DNA of 64,000 bases. It comes from Epiperipatus broadwayi. Its lineage: Eukaryota; Animalia; Onychophora. The position numbers and the translations under genes were made by a program. Location of the stretch: NCBI GenBank assembly GCA_028023455.1, contig JAQFVV010000004.1, positions 15,996,001 to 16,060,000 of the forward strand, in the 5' to 3' direction. The notes below the pieces were generated by a model. It made no database searches. It saw only the letters and a list, made by a program, of their open reading frames with translations, and was not told where the DNA came from. This document shows, one piece after another, positions 12,904 through 26,599 of the stretch (position 1 is the first letter of the stretch; every line of letters starts with the position of its first letter).

Positions 12904-14513
12904 AGCACTTTCATTTGTGTATATTAAAATTTGCATTAAGTTATTCCTTTTTAATAACAACTATACTTCTTTCCTGTAATATACTATTTTTTCTCACTCT
13001 CTATATTGATTATAATATTAGTATTGAGAAATTTAATAATAAATTTGTCTAAATTTTGTATATATCACGTCATCTTGTCTACTTTTTATTACTATTTTAA
13101 CATTTAATCGCTTTCATTGTTTTCCTCATTTATACATTTTTTTAAGCTAAACTAATTACTGATTTTCAAAATAATTTATATCTTTTACGTATTTGTTTAA
13201 CAGTTTGGTGAATTTGATTTAAGTTTTAATCAAATTTATGATTTCGTTTATTTAATTATGAATTTTATTTCGAAATTTAATCTTTTTTTTTACATTGTAT
13301 TGTTATTGCTTTTTAAATATTTCCTAAATTAACTTAAGAGAAGAAATAATATCTATTAAGAAAACTGTCTCATTATAAACAACATATATATATAAGCATT
13401 TGCTTAGGTAGAATAAATTAAATATTTGCTCTTTTATTTCGAGAATAATTTATTATATTTTCATTTTATCACATCTAAATATATAGATATACACAACCAT
13501 ATAAATAGTATATTTTTAAAATAATGGTTCATATATTTTAAGTTTATGTACATAGAAACATTTACTCATTTACTTGGAAAAAAAACTGTTTAATATATAT
13601 ACAGTAACATGATTATCTGCTCATTTCAAAGAATAATCAATATAATTTGGAGTTATAAGATTAACACACACACACACACACATATATAGATTATATGGAT
13701 TGGAAAAAATAGAATTTGCTTTTGAAAAGTATTTTGGAAGCTGGTTGATTTCATATGCACATACGTAATACTGTGTATTAATTTTCTGATCTACAAATTA
13801 TCTGAAGTGATACAATACATTGATTTAATTCATCTACATAATTAAAAGAATGGATAAATTCATCTCTGTGATATTAAAGGTGAACCACATCTGTTACAAA
13901 TGAAAAGGTTAATGAATTCTCAGTATAATTTACTTCTTAAAAATATTAGTTGATAATGAGATTTTTTAAAATAAAAAGATTAAATAGTCGGCTAATAATA
14001 AAGAGTTAATGCATAAGTAATGCATTTATTTTTGTATTTTTCCTAATATAAAAGTTTATATTTTAAGATATAATAAAGGTTAATGCATCTGCACTGATCA
14101 AGACTTTAAGCAATCTGCTATCAATAATAAAAATAATACATATGTATGATCAAAGCTTGATTACAATATTATAATAATAAACGATTGTTAACAAATAAGC
14201 CAGTACTTCATTTCTTTTATAATAGGATATAATGATTTGAATTAAAGAACTTAGATAAATAATATATCCATTTATACATGCATTATATATAGATATAGTT
14301 TGGAGTTGGACAAAATAATGAGATCTAATGCCCGAAACTTTTATTAAAGCAGTATAATGCTATTTTTTTCCATCTCAAGACGTTGCTGTCTGTGTGAAGA
14401 GGAATTATATAGCATTAAAGCAAATATAGAGGAAATTTAATCATTATTTATAAAGAAATAACTCAAGTTTAATATAAGATATCAATACAGAATATTGACT
14501 TTTCTCTCTTCAG

Positions 14514-14569
14514 GATGGCTCAAAAAGATTCAACAATATTTAATAAAGTGATTAGGAAGATCATGAGAG
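14514..14569 (+). CDS. Candidate 56-nt exon (MAQKDSTIFNKVIRKIMR)
   Basis: Strong acceptor TTTTCTCTCTTCAG, donor AG/GTTTGT, one open frame; no recognised homology. Confidence 0.25.
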
Positions 14570-14889
14570 GTTTGTTATATTATCCTCATGATCATTAAAT
14601 CAATATCTAACACTGTGGGTATTACTAATTGGAGCAGTTATTTGGAAAAGTGACAGTAATGTCTTAATGTTTGCACTGAACAATAAAGCTGTTTCTTCAA
14701 ATGTTGAAATGATATGCGACACTGATATATTAAGGCAGAATAATGTTTGGATAAAAGAATATTATATGATTATCAAATCAGGATAATTCTAACATGATGT
14801 ATGACAATGCTTTTTATTCTCCCTTCTTTTATGTCATTCATTGTAAACTTCAGTAAATGATACACACCAGAGCTGTTTTATTCAAATAT

Positions 14890-14929
14890 TCTGAGACTAG
14901 TTTCTAGCTTATAGCTTTTATGAATGAGG
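14890..14929 (-). ncRNA. Degenerate family A-type hammerhead
   Basis: Minus strand CCTCA-TTCATAA-A-AGC tataa GCT-A-GAAA-CTAG-TC. Confidence 0.5.
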
Positions 14930-15929
14930 AGCTGATTTATTATTAGTTATGTGATATAATGTTAGTTATGTGTCACAGTTGTAGAACCAGTCCATTTTCT
15001 TAAGTTTTTTGGCAATCATTAATTTTAATTGTTTTCCAATGGTTGAAAATGTGTTTGTTCATATTACAAATTTTATCCAGTTCTTAAGTTTTTAGTTCCA
15101 CTTCTTTTACATTGTAGCATCTACATCATAAGGAATATAATTTTAGGTTAATGTTTTGTTCATGAACTTATTGCTACTTGTATTAATAGAAACTGTAATG
15201 TTCAAGCATATATGTATTAATTTTTCTATCCAAAAGTAGTTTGGCTTAACTGAATAATCGACTGCTTTAAAAATAATAGTTTGCAATTTTTTGCCATACT
15301 CTTAAAGGAATATAGCATCAGCTACATATGTTTACCATTGAAATGTTTTTTTTAGCCAAAAACATAATGTCCATTCATGGGATTTTTATTAAATATTGGT
15401 CTTGAATTGTAATTGATTTAAGCAAGTTTCATTTTTCATCTTTAACGAGTGCTAACATCATTCATTAGACAATTAATGTTACATCTTTTTATGCTCAAAA
15501 TAATCCTACTTTTTCCCCCACAGTATGTGAAACTACATTCAGTTTATTGCTACATACACTTGATATTTTTATTTCTAATTCTTTGCCAAGTAATGTCAAA
15601 AATGTAATGTTTCTATAACACACATTCTATTATTTAATTCAAATCATGTTTATATAAAATTAATCATTAACTTTTCTATTGTTGTTTCTAAATCCAATGC
15701 TTCAGTTTTCTATTGAAAAAAAGTTCAATCTTTTTTTTTAGTTTTCACATTCACAATAAACTAAACAATTCCATAGTTTTGATTTTGTAATTCTTTTTTT
15801 TATTTTTATATATTTTTGAATGAAACTTGGCACAGTTTTTATATATTTTTTAATCATTGAATTGTTGTTACATACATATGTATTCATAGTTGCAGAAACA
15901 AGTTTGTTGTAAACTGAAAGGAGATCTAT

Positions 15930-18850
15930 TGATTTCTCTTTGAGGCCTTAAAGAAATCTGTCAAGGAAATTCCCAATGTCCATTCTATACATTCTGGTCA
16001 TTGCAACTATTACTATTAGGTGATTAACCATATGGTAAATGAACATGGAAAGACCTTTCATCAACATGTATCTGTCAGTATGATGGGTTCATTTGTTTTT
16101 TGAGTTTAAAATCAAGAAACACCACAATCTTTCTTCTCAGTTATCTGATAAATTGAGTTTTTTTAAAGGCAGAATGAATCTGTGGATGAATCTTTTTTAC
16201 ATATTTATAACTATGACAGGCAAAATTAAATTATGGCTCTTACTTCCAGGAAGCTGAGTGCTAAGAATCTTCAGATTGTGGTTCAGGATATTATACAGTA
16301 ATTTGTATATCAACTTGAAGCAGCGGAAGGTAAAGAAACAATTAATTTGAAAAGTGAACTTGTACTTTTTTATAAAAGCACAAGCATTGCAAACATAAGT
16401 GAAACAGAATGTATTATAAATAAAAAATGGAAGAAAAACATTGTGGAGATTTACTGTATATTAATAGAGTTGCAAAAATAGGTATTCAACTTAATAATGA
16501 AAAGTACCAAGTGCAGATACTTCATGTTTATAATTAACAAACTCTCATTTACATGAAAAAGTTTTTATGTAGATATACAATGATTTCATCAAACAACAAT
16601 TGTCATGAGAAACATTAATGCCAGAATTGGAAAAATGATAGAAAGATGAAAATATTGTGGGTAAATTTGGCTATTGTGACTGAAATGAGAAAATACATAA
16701 ATTTGTGAAATTTGCAGAAAATCAAAATTGTAAATTATGAATTATTTTTTTTGACAAAAATGCCAAATGAAAATGGATATGAAAATATTCAAATGAAAGT
16801 ACAACAGAATTGGTTTATATTTTGATTAACATTAAAATACATACTTTAAGACTGAAATGGTCTTAATAGATTTAACACAGAAAGTAATCATTGATTAGCT
16901 AGATGTAAGACAAGTGTTAATGCAAAACTAAAGAGAGGAAAATATTAGAAAAGACAGTACTTAAGAATTGACATTCTTAATTTTAGGAAACACTCCAATA
17001 AATATAAATTATAACTTTCTAATCATTTTAAAATATTACTAGAGTTTGAAAATGGTTCAAATTTAATTGATATCAATAAGAAAATAATTGATATCTTACT
17101 AAGAACTACCATAAAGATAGGTGGAACAAAAAAGCAGCAATTCTCCAGTAAACCTTCAATTGAAACAAGGAAATATAGGTAGAAAATAAGGAATATGAAA
17201 ATATATCATGAAAAATATTTGAATATTAGGAGTTTTATGCAATGGTATGAAAACAAAATTAATAATGATATAAGAAAATATTGTTGTGAATTGGTAAGGA
17301 ACGATACAAAGGAGAATAAAAATTTCAAAAATATAAAATAATATTTGGTATTGAAAAAAAAATTATTTAAGCAATAAAAAGAAAACATGAAGTATTATTA
17401 AAAAGAGATACAACATAATGAAATGTATGGAAGAATTCTGCAAAGAATGATATACTAATAAACATCAATAAAATAAAGCAATCACTATAATTACTATATC
17501 TTTAGAATTGCCAAATATATTAAATAAAGAAACAGGATATGTAATTAAATCAATGAAAAAGGAAAAAGATCCTGGAACTGATGGAATTATTATTGATGTT
17601 TTAAAAGAAGCATATGAAGAAATAGAAAAATTATCGGCAAAACTATATTAAAATTCTAAATGATAAAGATGTACCAGATGATTGGAAGAATGCTGTAGTA
17701 ATACTGACATTCAAGAAAGGTAATAAAGAAGATATTAGAAATTACAGACCTATCAGTCCTATCCAAAATCTTTAATAAGATAAATGCAATTTGTTTACAG
17801 TTACCATTTGATTCTAAATAACCAAAAGAATTTAAGCTGTATTTAAAAGTTAGATTTAGTTCAATGAATCACATCCAAGAATTAAGATAAGATATAGCAA
17901 GAATCAATGAATAGGAGTTGCTATTGGACCATCACAATACAGTTCTGAGATGTTATCATATAGCAGTGATTAAAAAAATGACATGGTGACACCAAGAAGA
18001 TTATCATTAATAAGAGTGTACAACAGAATGATTTTATATCTCCAAAATGTTTTTTGGCAAATTTATTAGAAGCATTTTCTGGATTAAAATAGGAAACTAA
18101 AGGAATAAAAATACCTAGATCTTATTTAAATAATTTACATTTAAACAGATGATGCAATTGTTTCTAAAAATAATGCTTCAGAGTTTCAAAAAATTTTACA
18201 AGAATTAGCATATTTTCCAATGGCTACTTTTCACTTTTTTTAATCGAAAGTAAGAAAATAGAAATTAAAGGTGATTGGTAAAAAGGTTCAAACTAATATC
18301 CAATAGATTTTGGAAAAAAATAGGAAATAAATATTGATAATCAGAAATTAGAAAAATTGGCAAATTACAAATATTTTGCTCAAATTACAGATGGAAACAG
18401 TGGATGAAAATAATCACGTAACCTGGATGGAATGATTTTGATAGAAATTATTTAATATTAAAATCAACTATGCCTTTGTGTTTGAAAAAATTTTTTTTTT
18501 TCAATAGATGCATTTACCAAGTTATTACTTATAGATTTGAGATTTTGACACTTAACAGAATAAACTACAGGGAATTTCAGACTATTCAATGAAAAGTGGC
18601 ATACTTAAGTTTGAGAATAAATGGATATCATTAACATCATTGAAAGAAGTAAGGAAATAAACTTAAACTTAGCAGAATATATTTCTAGAAGATATGATTA
18701 TAGATGAAAAATTAAACTCATCCTAAGAAATTGATTAATGGATAAAAAGAAAGTTTGTTGTGTGATATAGAGAAGTTATGATTCCAAGAAACTAGATTAA
18801 ACTTGAAGAGATCTTCATCTTGCAATGAATTTATTATAGATGCAAATGAT
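15930..18850 (+). mobile_element. RTE-clade LINE, near full length, heavily decayed
   Basis: 5' UTR shared with the 36.3 and 53.7 kb copies; endonuclease, RT (KKGNKEDIRNYRPIS-like) and 3' remnants align with the 50-53 kb copy. Confidence 0.85.
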
Positions 18851-19376
18851 TATATACTGATTCAAAAAAGTGGTGTTAAAATCTTTTATATTAATCTTGA
18901 AAGTTATTGTAGTATATTTTTTGTGATCATGGAATCATTGATATGTGTCTATGTAGTTAGGTACGTATATATGTGTGTAAAAAAATAAAAGTTCTTTAAT
19001 TAGCTCTAACGATCTCTTTAAAGCAGAGATCTCAATATAGAAACCAATGCTCACAAAACTGGTAAAGTCATGAATGTTAAGAATTTATGGATCTTTTTAT
19101 TTTATCTTAAGATCATCTTAATATTCAATTATAAACCAATATTTGCAAAATTATTGCTACAGTTGGCTTTCTGAAAAAAAAATAATCTAAGCTTGCTTGA
19201 TAAATAATAAAATTACTAAGTTGACCTAGATTTCAGTAGATGTGCTTATCTCTATATATTATCTTTCTTGTGTACATGACTTTTTGCCACTTTCAATTCC
19301 ATAATTTATTAGTCCTCACTTTAAGTACATCATTATATATAAGTTTAACTCCCAACTATTTATATAACTATTGCAA

Positions 19377-19478
19377 GCATTGGTGGACGAGAGGTCAGCG
19401 ACAGCTGCTTTACAAGCAGTTGTCCCGGGTTAGCAGGTTCGCTTCTCTGCTGATGCTATGACACATGAGAAAAAAAAA
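19377..19478 (+). mobile_element. tRNA-Gly-derived SINE
   Basis: GCATTGG/CTGATGC acceptor-like stem; AGCTGCTTTACAAGCAGTTGTCCCGGGTT resembles the tRNA-Gly(TCC) anticodon arm; TATGACACATGAG(A)n tail. Confidence 0.8.
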
Positions 19479-19480
19479 TC

Positions 19481-19563
19481 AATTAATAGCTTTTATACTT
19501 TTTATGGTTATTATAAATAAAAGAAATTTATAATAGCCATAAAAAGTATAAAAGCTATTAATT
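19481..19563. repeat. AT-rich hairpin, 38-bp arms, 7-nt loop
   Basis: Arms 19481-19518 and 19526-19563 with one T/G mismatch. Confidence 0.9.
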
Positions 19564-20399
19564 ATATCAAATTCATTAATTCTTCAATTATTTTGTGCTG
19601 CTAAAAATCATTTAATTTCATTATGTCAACTTATTACTTTAAATATTGTAATAGATAGGAAAAGATTGACATTCTATGACCATACTAAGTGATCTACAAA
19701 GAATATTTGGGATAATTATTTGAGAGTCTGTGTTTGAAAACCAATAATATAAATGTTTAAAAATTTATATTATTTAGTATTTTATTTATATTTTATGTGG
19801 TTCCATTTCCCCCTTGCATTGTGAAATATTCTTGATGGCTCTTCTTGTTAATGTTTGCACATTTCCAATAACTCATGCCATCATGTGACTATATTTATTG
19901 TGCTTTAAGTAAATCAAATGGTTACTGCTGTTAGTAATTATTAATTTGCTTTAATTTATATGGAATTGTAGTAAATATAATAATAAATAACATCTTTATT
20001 TAATATTTATTTTTAGCTATGTCGGAACCAAAGAAAAAGAAATCTAGGAATTTTCAAGCTATTTGGAAGAAAAACATGGAGTTGTGGGAAATATTGATTG
20101 CGTATAGTTTATATACAGAAAGTGTAATCAATTGAATTTACAATACTCAATATCATTATGAAAATAAGAAAACTTGATATGGAAGATCCAATATGCATAA
20201 AAAGAATATATTGCCATTTATAAGTGACAAAAGAAAATTTTGCAGACATATAAACATATCAGGACCAACAAAAGCTGGCCTATGGCTTATCAATATATTT
20301 CAAAATAGAGAAAGCCTTTTAAGAAATGTGATTTTTTGAAAATTACTCACTTTCTCATCTTTTCTATGCTACTTACTGTAAACTTTAATAAACAATGAT

Positions 20400-20560
20400 A
20401 GATGCCAGAAACAGTGCCTAATAAATCCCTATCCTATGCTATCCTATTTAAAATCCCCAGCTAGTTTTAAACTTAAAGCTTTCTTCAATGAGAAACTTTG
20501 GATCTTGGAACAGTGAACTGGGCTTTTAAGATCTATTGCATCATCCTTCCAGTTACTATC
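20400..20560 (-). mobile_element. Old degenerate family A copy
   Basis: ATCCCCAGCTAGTTTT...TTGGATCT...TTAAGATCTATTGCA parallels 24976-25060. Confidence 0.5.
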
Positions 20561-20944
20561 ATTTATCTCTAGTTATACTACTAAAGCTGCAATATGTAAG
20601 CTGATGTCATGTGATAGGTCACATGATATTTTAATGGTTTATACAAATAATTTTACTGATTGTGCTAAGAAAAATTTCAAAGATTCTAAGACTAAAAACA
20701 GTGTGATTAAGAGAATTAAATAAATACCCTTATCATCTAATAATATATCAGAAATATTAAAGAATAAATGAAAAATGATCTGTTCTCATTAAAATATTTT
20801 AAATTTAGTATTCCTCAGTTGGAAATAATATTTTCTTATTGTCAAATTAAATTGAAATAAATGAAAGATAAAGTATGCATATTAATGCCTATGTTTGTAG
20901 GTTATTAAAAGTTTATTTTTCAAAAAAATTATGGATTTTTATGT

Positions 20945-21015
20945 AACATCACATGACCACCACCTCTTATGCTTGTATATAACTGTTGTTAAAACAGGCA
21001 AAACTCACTATACTG
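20945..21015 (-). mobile_element. Family A 3'-terminal fragment
   Basis: AACATCACATGACCACC..CTTATGCTTG..AACTGTTGTTAAAACAGGCAAAACTC. Confidence 0.75.
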
Positions 21016-22139
21016 TGTGTGGCTTGATTTTTATGTAATTTGAAAAGAAAAATAATTAGACTTAAAGAAACATCTGTATGAATTAAAAATTTGTCTCAAC
21101 CAAATGTGACAAATAAATACTGGATTTATAAAATTTTTGGAAAATTTCTTTCAATTTTATCTTTTTTTTAGTTAATTCTTTAAAAAATGCTGTGTACTAA
21201 AACATGTGAAAAATAATTAAACATATTTTACTGCAATATTCATATTATAGTAAAAATAAATTTAATCAAAGCATTTAACTTTCACACTTAAATGATTCAA
21301 ATCCTTATTGGAAAATAGGAATTCAGAGTTTGGGAATCTATATTACATGCAAAAATTTGATGGTTTTGCAGTAGCAAAACATTATATTGATTTTCAGCCT
21401 GTATTAATCCCAATAATACAAATATTTTAAAATGAATTGGGTAAAAAATTTCTGTGACTTAACAATCATGTTTGGTTAGGAAAAAATGGGCTATCTAAAT
21501 GATATATGAATTATTTCAATAATTTGAATTGTTATCTTACTACATTGTTTTATAAACAAATTCATTTCATTTAATAAGAACAGTACTGTTTATTTTTTTT
21601 AACAATAAAAAAAATATTGCACAATATAATATTAAAAACTAACTGAAAATTTAAGTGTGCAATTTTTAAATGATTGTATTGAAAGTATAAAATTAGAATT
21701 TGAAAATCAGTTTTGAAATTTGACAGTTTTTACTTAACCCAGAAGAACTTGGTGAATTATGTGGAACTGTTGATCTACAAATAGACTAGGATGAATTTAA
21801 AAATTTCATCATGAATTAATGAATTTTAAAAAATGTAGGAAGGAGTCAGAAAAAGATATTAAAAATTAAAATTAAAATTACATGAATATTAGATATATGA
21901 ATTCTTTTAACATATGTAGCAATAGCAAAAAATTTTCTAGATAGATTTCTGTATTTTTGTCAACTGTATGTAAAGAAATTTTTATTCAAATTAATTATAT
22001 AAAATCCGCTAAGAAGAAAATACTATCTAATGATTCTGAGTTACACTTCTGTATAAAAGTTTCCAATTAAAAAGTTAAACTAAATCAAGAAATCATTGAA
22101 ATTGTGCTTAAAATAATATTTTTCTATTATTTGAGTTAT

Positions 22140-22846
22140 CAGATGAAAGTAGGAAAGTAGGACTAAAGATAAATGTTAAAAAGACTAAAGTAATGTTCAA
22201 TGGATTTTCTCAAAATATGAAAATAAAGATTGATTATGATGAGTTAGAAGAAGTTAACAGCTATACATATCTTGGTCAGATTATTAATACAGATGGAAAC
22301 ATAATAGATGGAATTAATCACAGAATTAAACTTGTTTGGAGTGCTTTTGGTAGAAATAACTTGATACTAAAATGAAATATGCCTATGTGTTTGAAAAGAA
22401 AGGTTTTTAATAAATGTGTTTTACCAGTTCTTACTTATGGATCTGAGACTTGGACACTTAATAGAAGAGTAATACAGAGACTTCAGACCATTCAAAGAAG
22501 TATGGAGAGATGCATGTTAGGAGTAACAAGAAGAGATCAAAAATGCAATATATGGATAAGAGAATAAACAGGTGTTATTGGCCTTATTGAAAAAATTAAA
22601 AGACTGAAGTGGAGTTGGGCTGGACATATTGCTAGAAGAAATGATAATAGATGGACAATTGAAATTTTAAACGGGATTCCAAAAGATTGTAAAAGACCCA
22701 GAAAGAGACCACATGTAAGATGGATGGATGAAATAAGAAAATGTGCAGGGGTGTTGTGAAAAAGAGAAGCTAAAGATCGGAGAAGATGGATTCAACTTGG
22801 AGAGACCATCCTGCAATGGATTGATAATGGTTCATGATGATGATGA
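22140..22846 (+). mobile_element. RTE LINE 3' fragment
   Basis: YTYLGQ, LKRKVFNKCVLPVLTYGSETW and LKWSWAGHIARR motifs; (GAT)n tail. Confidence 0.95.
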
Positions 22847-24007
22847 TATATATTTTATAATTGCTTATATAATAATAATTATTATTATTTATATTAACAT
22901 TTTTTTTACACTATTATAATAATATATGTAGTAATTTGTGCTTTAAATTTGTTCCTGTTTGCAATATCAAAGTAATATTGTAACTGATTTTTGTATTGCT
23001 TTTTAAACTGATATTTATAATATTGCTTTGTAATCATTTATAAGAACAAATTTTTTTTCTCCTAATATTCCATTTATTTATTTTTCTACTAATTAAAATT
23101 TAACCTGTGATAAAAAAGGTTACTCTTTATTCCATGAATCATTTATGGTCTTTGATCATTATTTATTGATGTTAATAATCTCACTTCATTTCTAAAGATG
23201 CCATCAAATGTGCTTATGAATGTTTCTTCAAATATATTAGGTGAAACAAATCAATATTTATTTAATAAAATATATTTTGGGGAACTTTATAGAGATTTTA
23301 TAATTCAATTTTATTTGATCTTCAAATTTATTTTTGATAAAGATTAACACTCCATTTGTTTTTACTACATATTGTGTTTATTTCATTGAACTCTTCATGT
23401 TATGACTGCACTAATATTGTAAAAATTCTTATATATATTTAATGATTATATTTTAAAAGTTTTGAAAAGTGTAAATTGGAAAACCAATCTTAATGCGTGA
23501 CAATATTAGAAGTCATTTTAGTTATGAAATGATATTTATTTAATAACCTCCAATAAGTTGCAATCAAAAATTTTTGAATTAAATTCATTAAGTATGAAAA
23601 AAGATTTGAGAATAAATTTTAGTAAAAATAGAAATTTAAACTGTTTTCTTTTAAATTATAAGGAATGAAAAAATGACTTTTGTTAATACTCTTTTCACAA
23701 TAATATTTACTAAGGCTGTAAACCTTAAGAATATGCATGAAAATGCGAAGGTAGGGACCTCTACAGGTCTTAACCACAAGCTGGCTAGAAATCTTCAGAT
23801 CTACAAAATATTATAATGATCTTTTATATAAACATACAATAATTTTGTATAATATACATATATTTATTATTTATAAATTCTTAAAGACATAATATATACA
23901 CACCTAATAAATTCCAACAATCAAAAACTAAAAATGTTTAATATGTATATGTCCAGACACATAAAACAAAAATGTATCGACTTATAAACATTAATATGTT
24001 ATATCCC

Positions 24008-24072
24008 AACGATGGATTGAACTTGGAGAGACCTTCACCCTGCAGTGGATTGATAATGGTTGATGATGATGA
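24008..24072 (+). mobile_element. RTE extreme 3' fragment
   Basis: GGATTGAACTTGGAGAGACCTTCACCCTGCAGTGGATTGATAATGGTT(GAT)n. Confidence 0.85.
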
Positions 24073-24864
24073 TTCAAATATATTATTGAATATTTTAAAT
24101 TATGTTATTTTAAATTGTGATGTTTTAGAAAGTAAGGAATGTGCTGGCTGAAATTAGTATGGATTAATACATGGTTTGGAATAAATTAATAAAAGAATGA
24201 AAACTATTTAAAGTGCATTTTGAAAATTTTGGATCAAATTATAATCTAGTGCTTTAAAGAAAAGCTTTTAATCAAAAGTATGTTTTGTGTGTGTGTGTGT
24301 GTGAGAGTTCTGATATTTTTTTAGAATTATTTTTCATTCGTTTCCCAGACTTCTCATTGTTATATTCATCATCGCATTAATGGATCTCCATTACTAGTCA
24401 GTCATCCTCTTCTTCCAAATATCAATTTTTCAAGCATCATAATCTAATAAATTAAACAGTCCCAAAATATGACCAAAATTAAAATGATTTCAACTTGGTC
24501 ATTTGTTATTTTAAGTGAAATTTTGTCTAATCAAATATCCACTTCTATTTTTCCATTTATTTTCATCAAAAGTTATTACCAGCATCAAAGTTCAAAAGCA
24601 ACAATATTTTTCCTTATCCTTTTTCAGTGCTCAATCTTACTGATTTTCATTTTTTTAAAGATTTAAAAAAAAACTTTTCAGTACAATATGATCACTGTTA
24701 ATCTGTATTGAATCTTTTGACTTCTAGATTTTTTGTTGATGAATGATTCTATGGAGCAAACACTTCAATGACTTACAAATTCAATTTTTGACTCAGCAGT
24801 TTGTCTATCATCAGAATTTTTGTTTTCACATTTAAAAATAATTCACTTTCAATTTATTCTTTTT

Positions 24865-25476
24865 AAAACAGGCAAAACTCTCTATACATATTGCCACTCA
24901 GTGCAAGCCAGAATAATCAATGGATTCCAGAAGGCTTGTGCATAATATCTCTGTCTAGTGCCTATTCATCCAACATCCCCAGACTAGTTTCTGGCCTTTA
25001 TCAGTGAGAAGCCTTGGATCTGAGAGCACTGCACCTAGATCTTAGGATCTAATGCAACCCTCCAGCAGCCACCTTTTATCTCTACTTAACTACAAAACCA
25101 TGAGTCTTAAATTGAAAACACCATAATATTTTCAATCCAAGCTCATTAGCTTATATAGTCATATAGGTCTGAACTCAGTTCAGTACCTATACATTTTGGT
25201 TTCTTTTGTTCTTTAATAACCATAGCCACCACTATCCTATTAGGCAGGATTGGTTTTAAGCTAATGAACATCACATGATCATCATTTCTTATGCTAGCTC
25301 ATAACTGTTATTAAAACAGGCAAAACTCTCTATACGCATTGCCACTCAGTGCATGCCGAAGACTTGTGGCATCCATTGATTACTCTGTTCTTGCACTGAG
25401 TGGCAATACGTATAGAGAGTTTTGCCTGTTTTAATAACAGTTATGAATTAGCATAAGAAATGGTGATCATGTGATG
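24865..25476. mobile_element. Family A insertion: more than one unit (period 449 bp) plus fold-back, 12-bp TSD
   Basis: GGCAAAACTC at 24871 and 25320; fold-back centred near 25350; TSD TTTATTCTTTTT at 24853-24864 and 25477-25488. Confidence 0.9.
24976..25010 (-). ncRNA. Family A hammerhead (G8A, stem II loop deleted)
   Basis: Minus strand TTCTCA-CTGATAA-AGGCCA-GAAA-CTAG-TC/TGGGGA. Confidence 0.6.
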
Positions 25477-26599
25477 TTTATTCTTTTTCTGAATCTTCAT
25501 ATTGTTTTCATTTTTAGTCATTAGCATATTTAAGATTGTTAATATTTTCCCCACCAATACTGAATTCACATTTGTATTCATCCAATATGGTTCTTCCATT
25601 ATGTATTTAGTATACAAATGAAATAGGAAGTGATAATATGCATTTTGTTTTGACAATAAAAAGCCAATTTGTTTCACTATAACCTGTTTAATTAATCTTA
25701 CATAAATTCTCCTCTTATGAAAAATAAGATGAAATTCTATAACTTAATATAATCAACTGAATCAAAAGTCTTATTATTATGTAGACTTTTTATAGATATT
25801 GTTTCCTGAAACAGGATTGTACATCTGGAAAATCTTTTTCATTGTAAGGTTTCTATCTTTGCTGAAAGATTTTTAGCACAAAGTATATCTCTCTGTAATT
25901 TATAATTTAGAAACATAGAATTTGGATTTGAAAATAAAGCAGAGATTGCATCACAAAAGTCTGAAAAAAGGTTTATTGATAATAATAATAAGAGATTGAA
26001 AATTAATCAAAAGTAATGTTAGTTATGATATAAAAAATTATTGAAATAGGGGAAGTTGAGAATATAGCAAAAAGAGAGAATGTTATACAGATTTAAACAA
26101 TTCTTAGCAGAAATACCAAAAATAATAAACACCCCAACAAAAAAAGACTATGGAAATAGAATATAAGAATAAAGTTTGCTTATTCTGCTAATAAAAAAAT
26201 GCTTATATTTCGTCTGTTCTTCTGTTAGTTGTTCAAGACTTATGCTATATATGTAATAACTAGAAATGGGGAATTGGAACAAATAACTATAACTGAAAAT
26301 GATATAGAAAACTGATTATATTTGGAAATAACTCAGATGAAAATTGTTAATATTCATATTATATAGAGTTTTACTTGATAGTTTATTATCATTATTGGTG
26401 ATTGGGTAATTTGCATATTAATAAATGTTTTATATTGCTTTTTTAAAAATATTCATAAATAGTACATAAATTATAGACTTTAGATTTTTATCCATGAAAC
26501 CAGCTCCTTACCATAACTATCTAATATTGGATAATAAATGAATATCTAGTTATTCTTAGCTACAGGTAAAAGTATTTACTCAAATTCTCACTAATTGGA

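Larger units (their letters stand above)
20019..22110 (+). pseudogene. hAT (Charlie/SPIN, GTF2IRD2-like) transposase relic
   Basis: MSEPKKKKSRNFQAIW... N-terminus with HYENK zinc-finger-like end; MGYLNDI..FNNLN near 21488; STVCK..F..NYIKSAK C-terminal dimerisation-like motif near 21960-22010; interrupted by family A fragments. Confidence 0.7.

Noticed and set aside
16251-16329. Exon-like segment with good splice signals (KLSAKNLQIVVQDIIQ)
   Set aside because: Stops in all frames, and it is homologous to the RTE 5' region GTGCTAAGAATC..GATTGTGG at about 53400-53420.
19377-19456. Functional tRNA-Val(TAC) gene
   Set aside because: Aberrant D arm, insertion before the T arm, shared tail plus poly(A), and a TSD in a sister copy indicate a SINE.
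24775-24825. Minus-strand CTGATGA..GAC..GTC-AAAA motif
   Set aside because: Stem I does not pair and G12 is absent; compatible with chance in AT-rich DNA.
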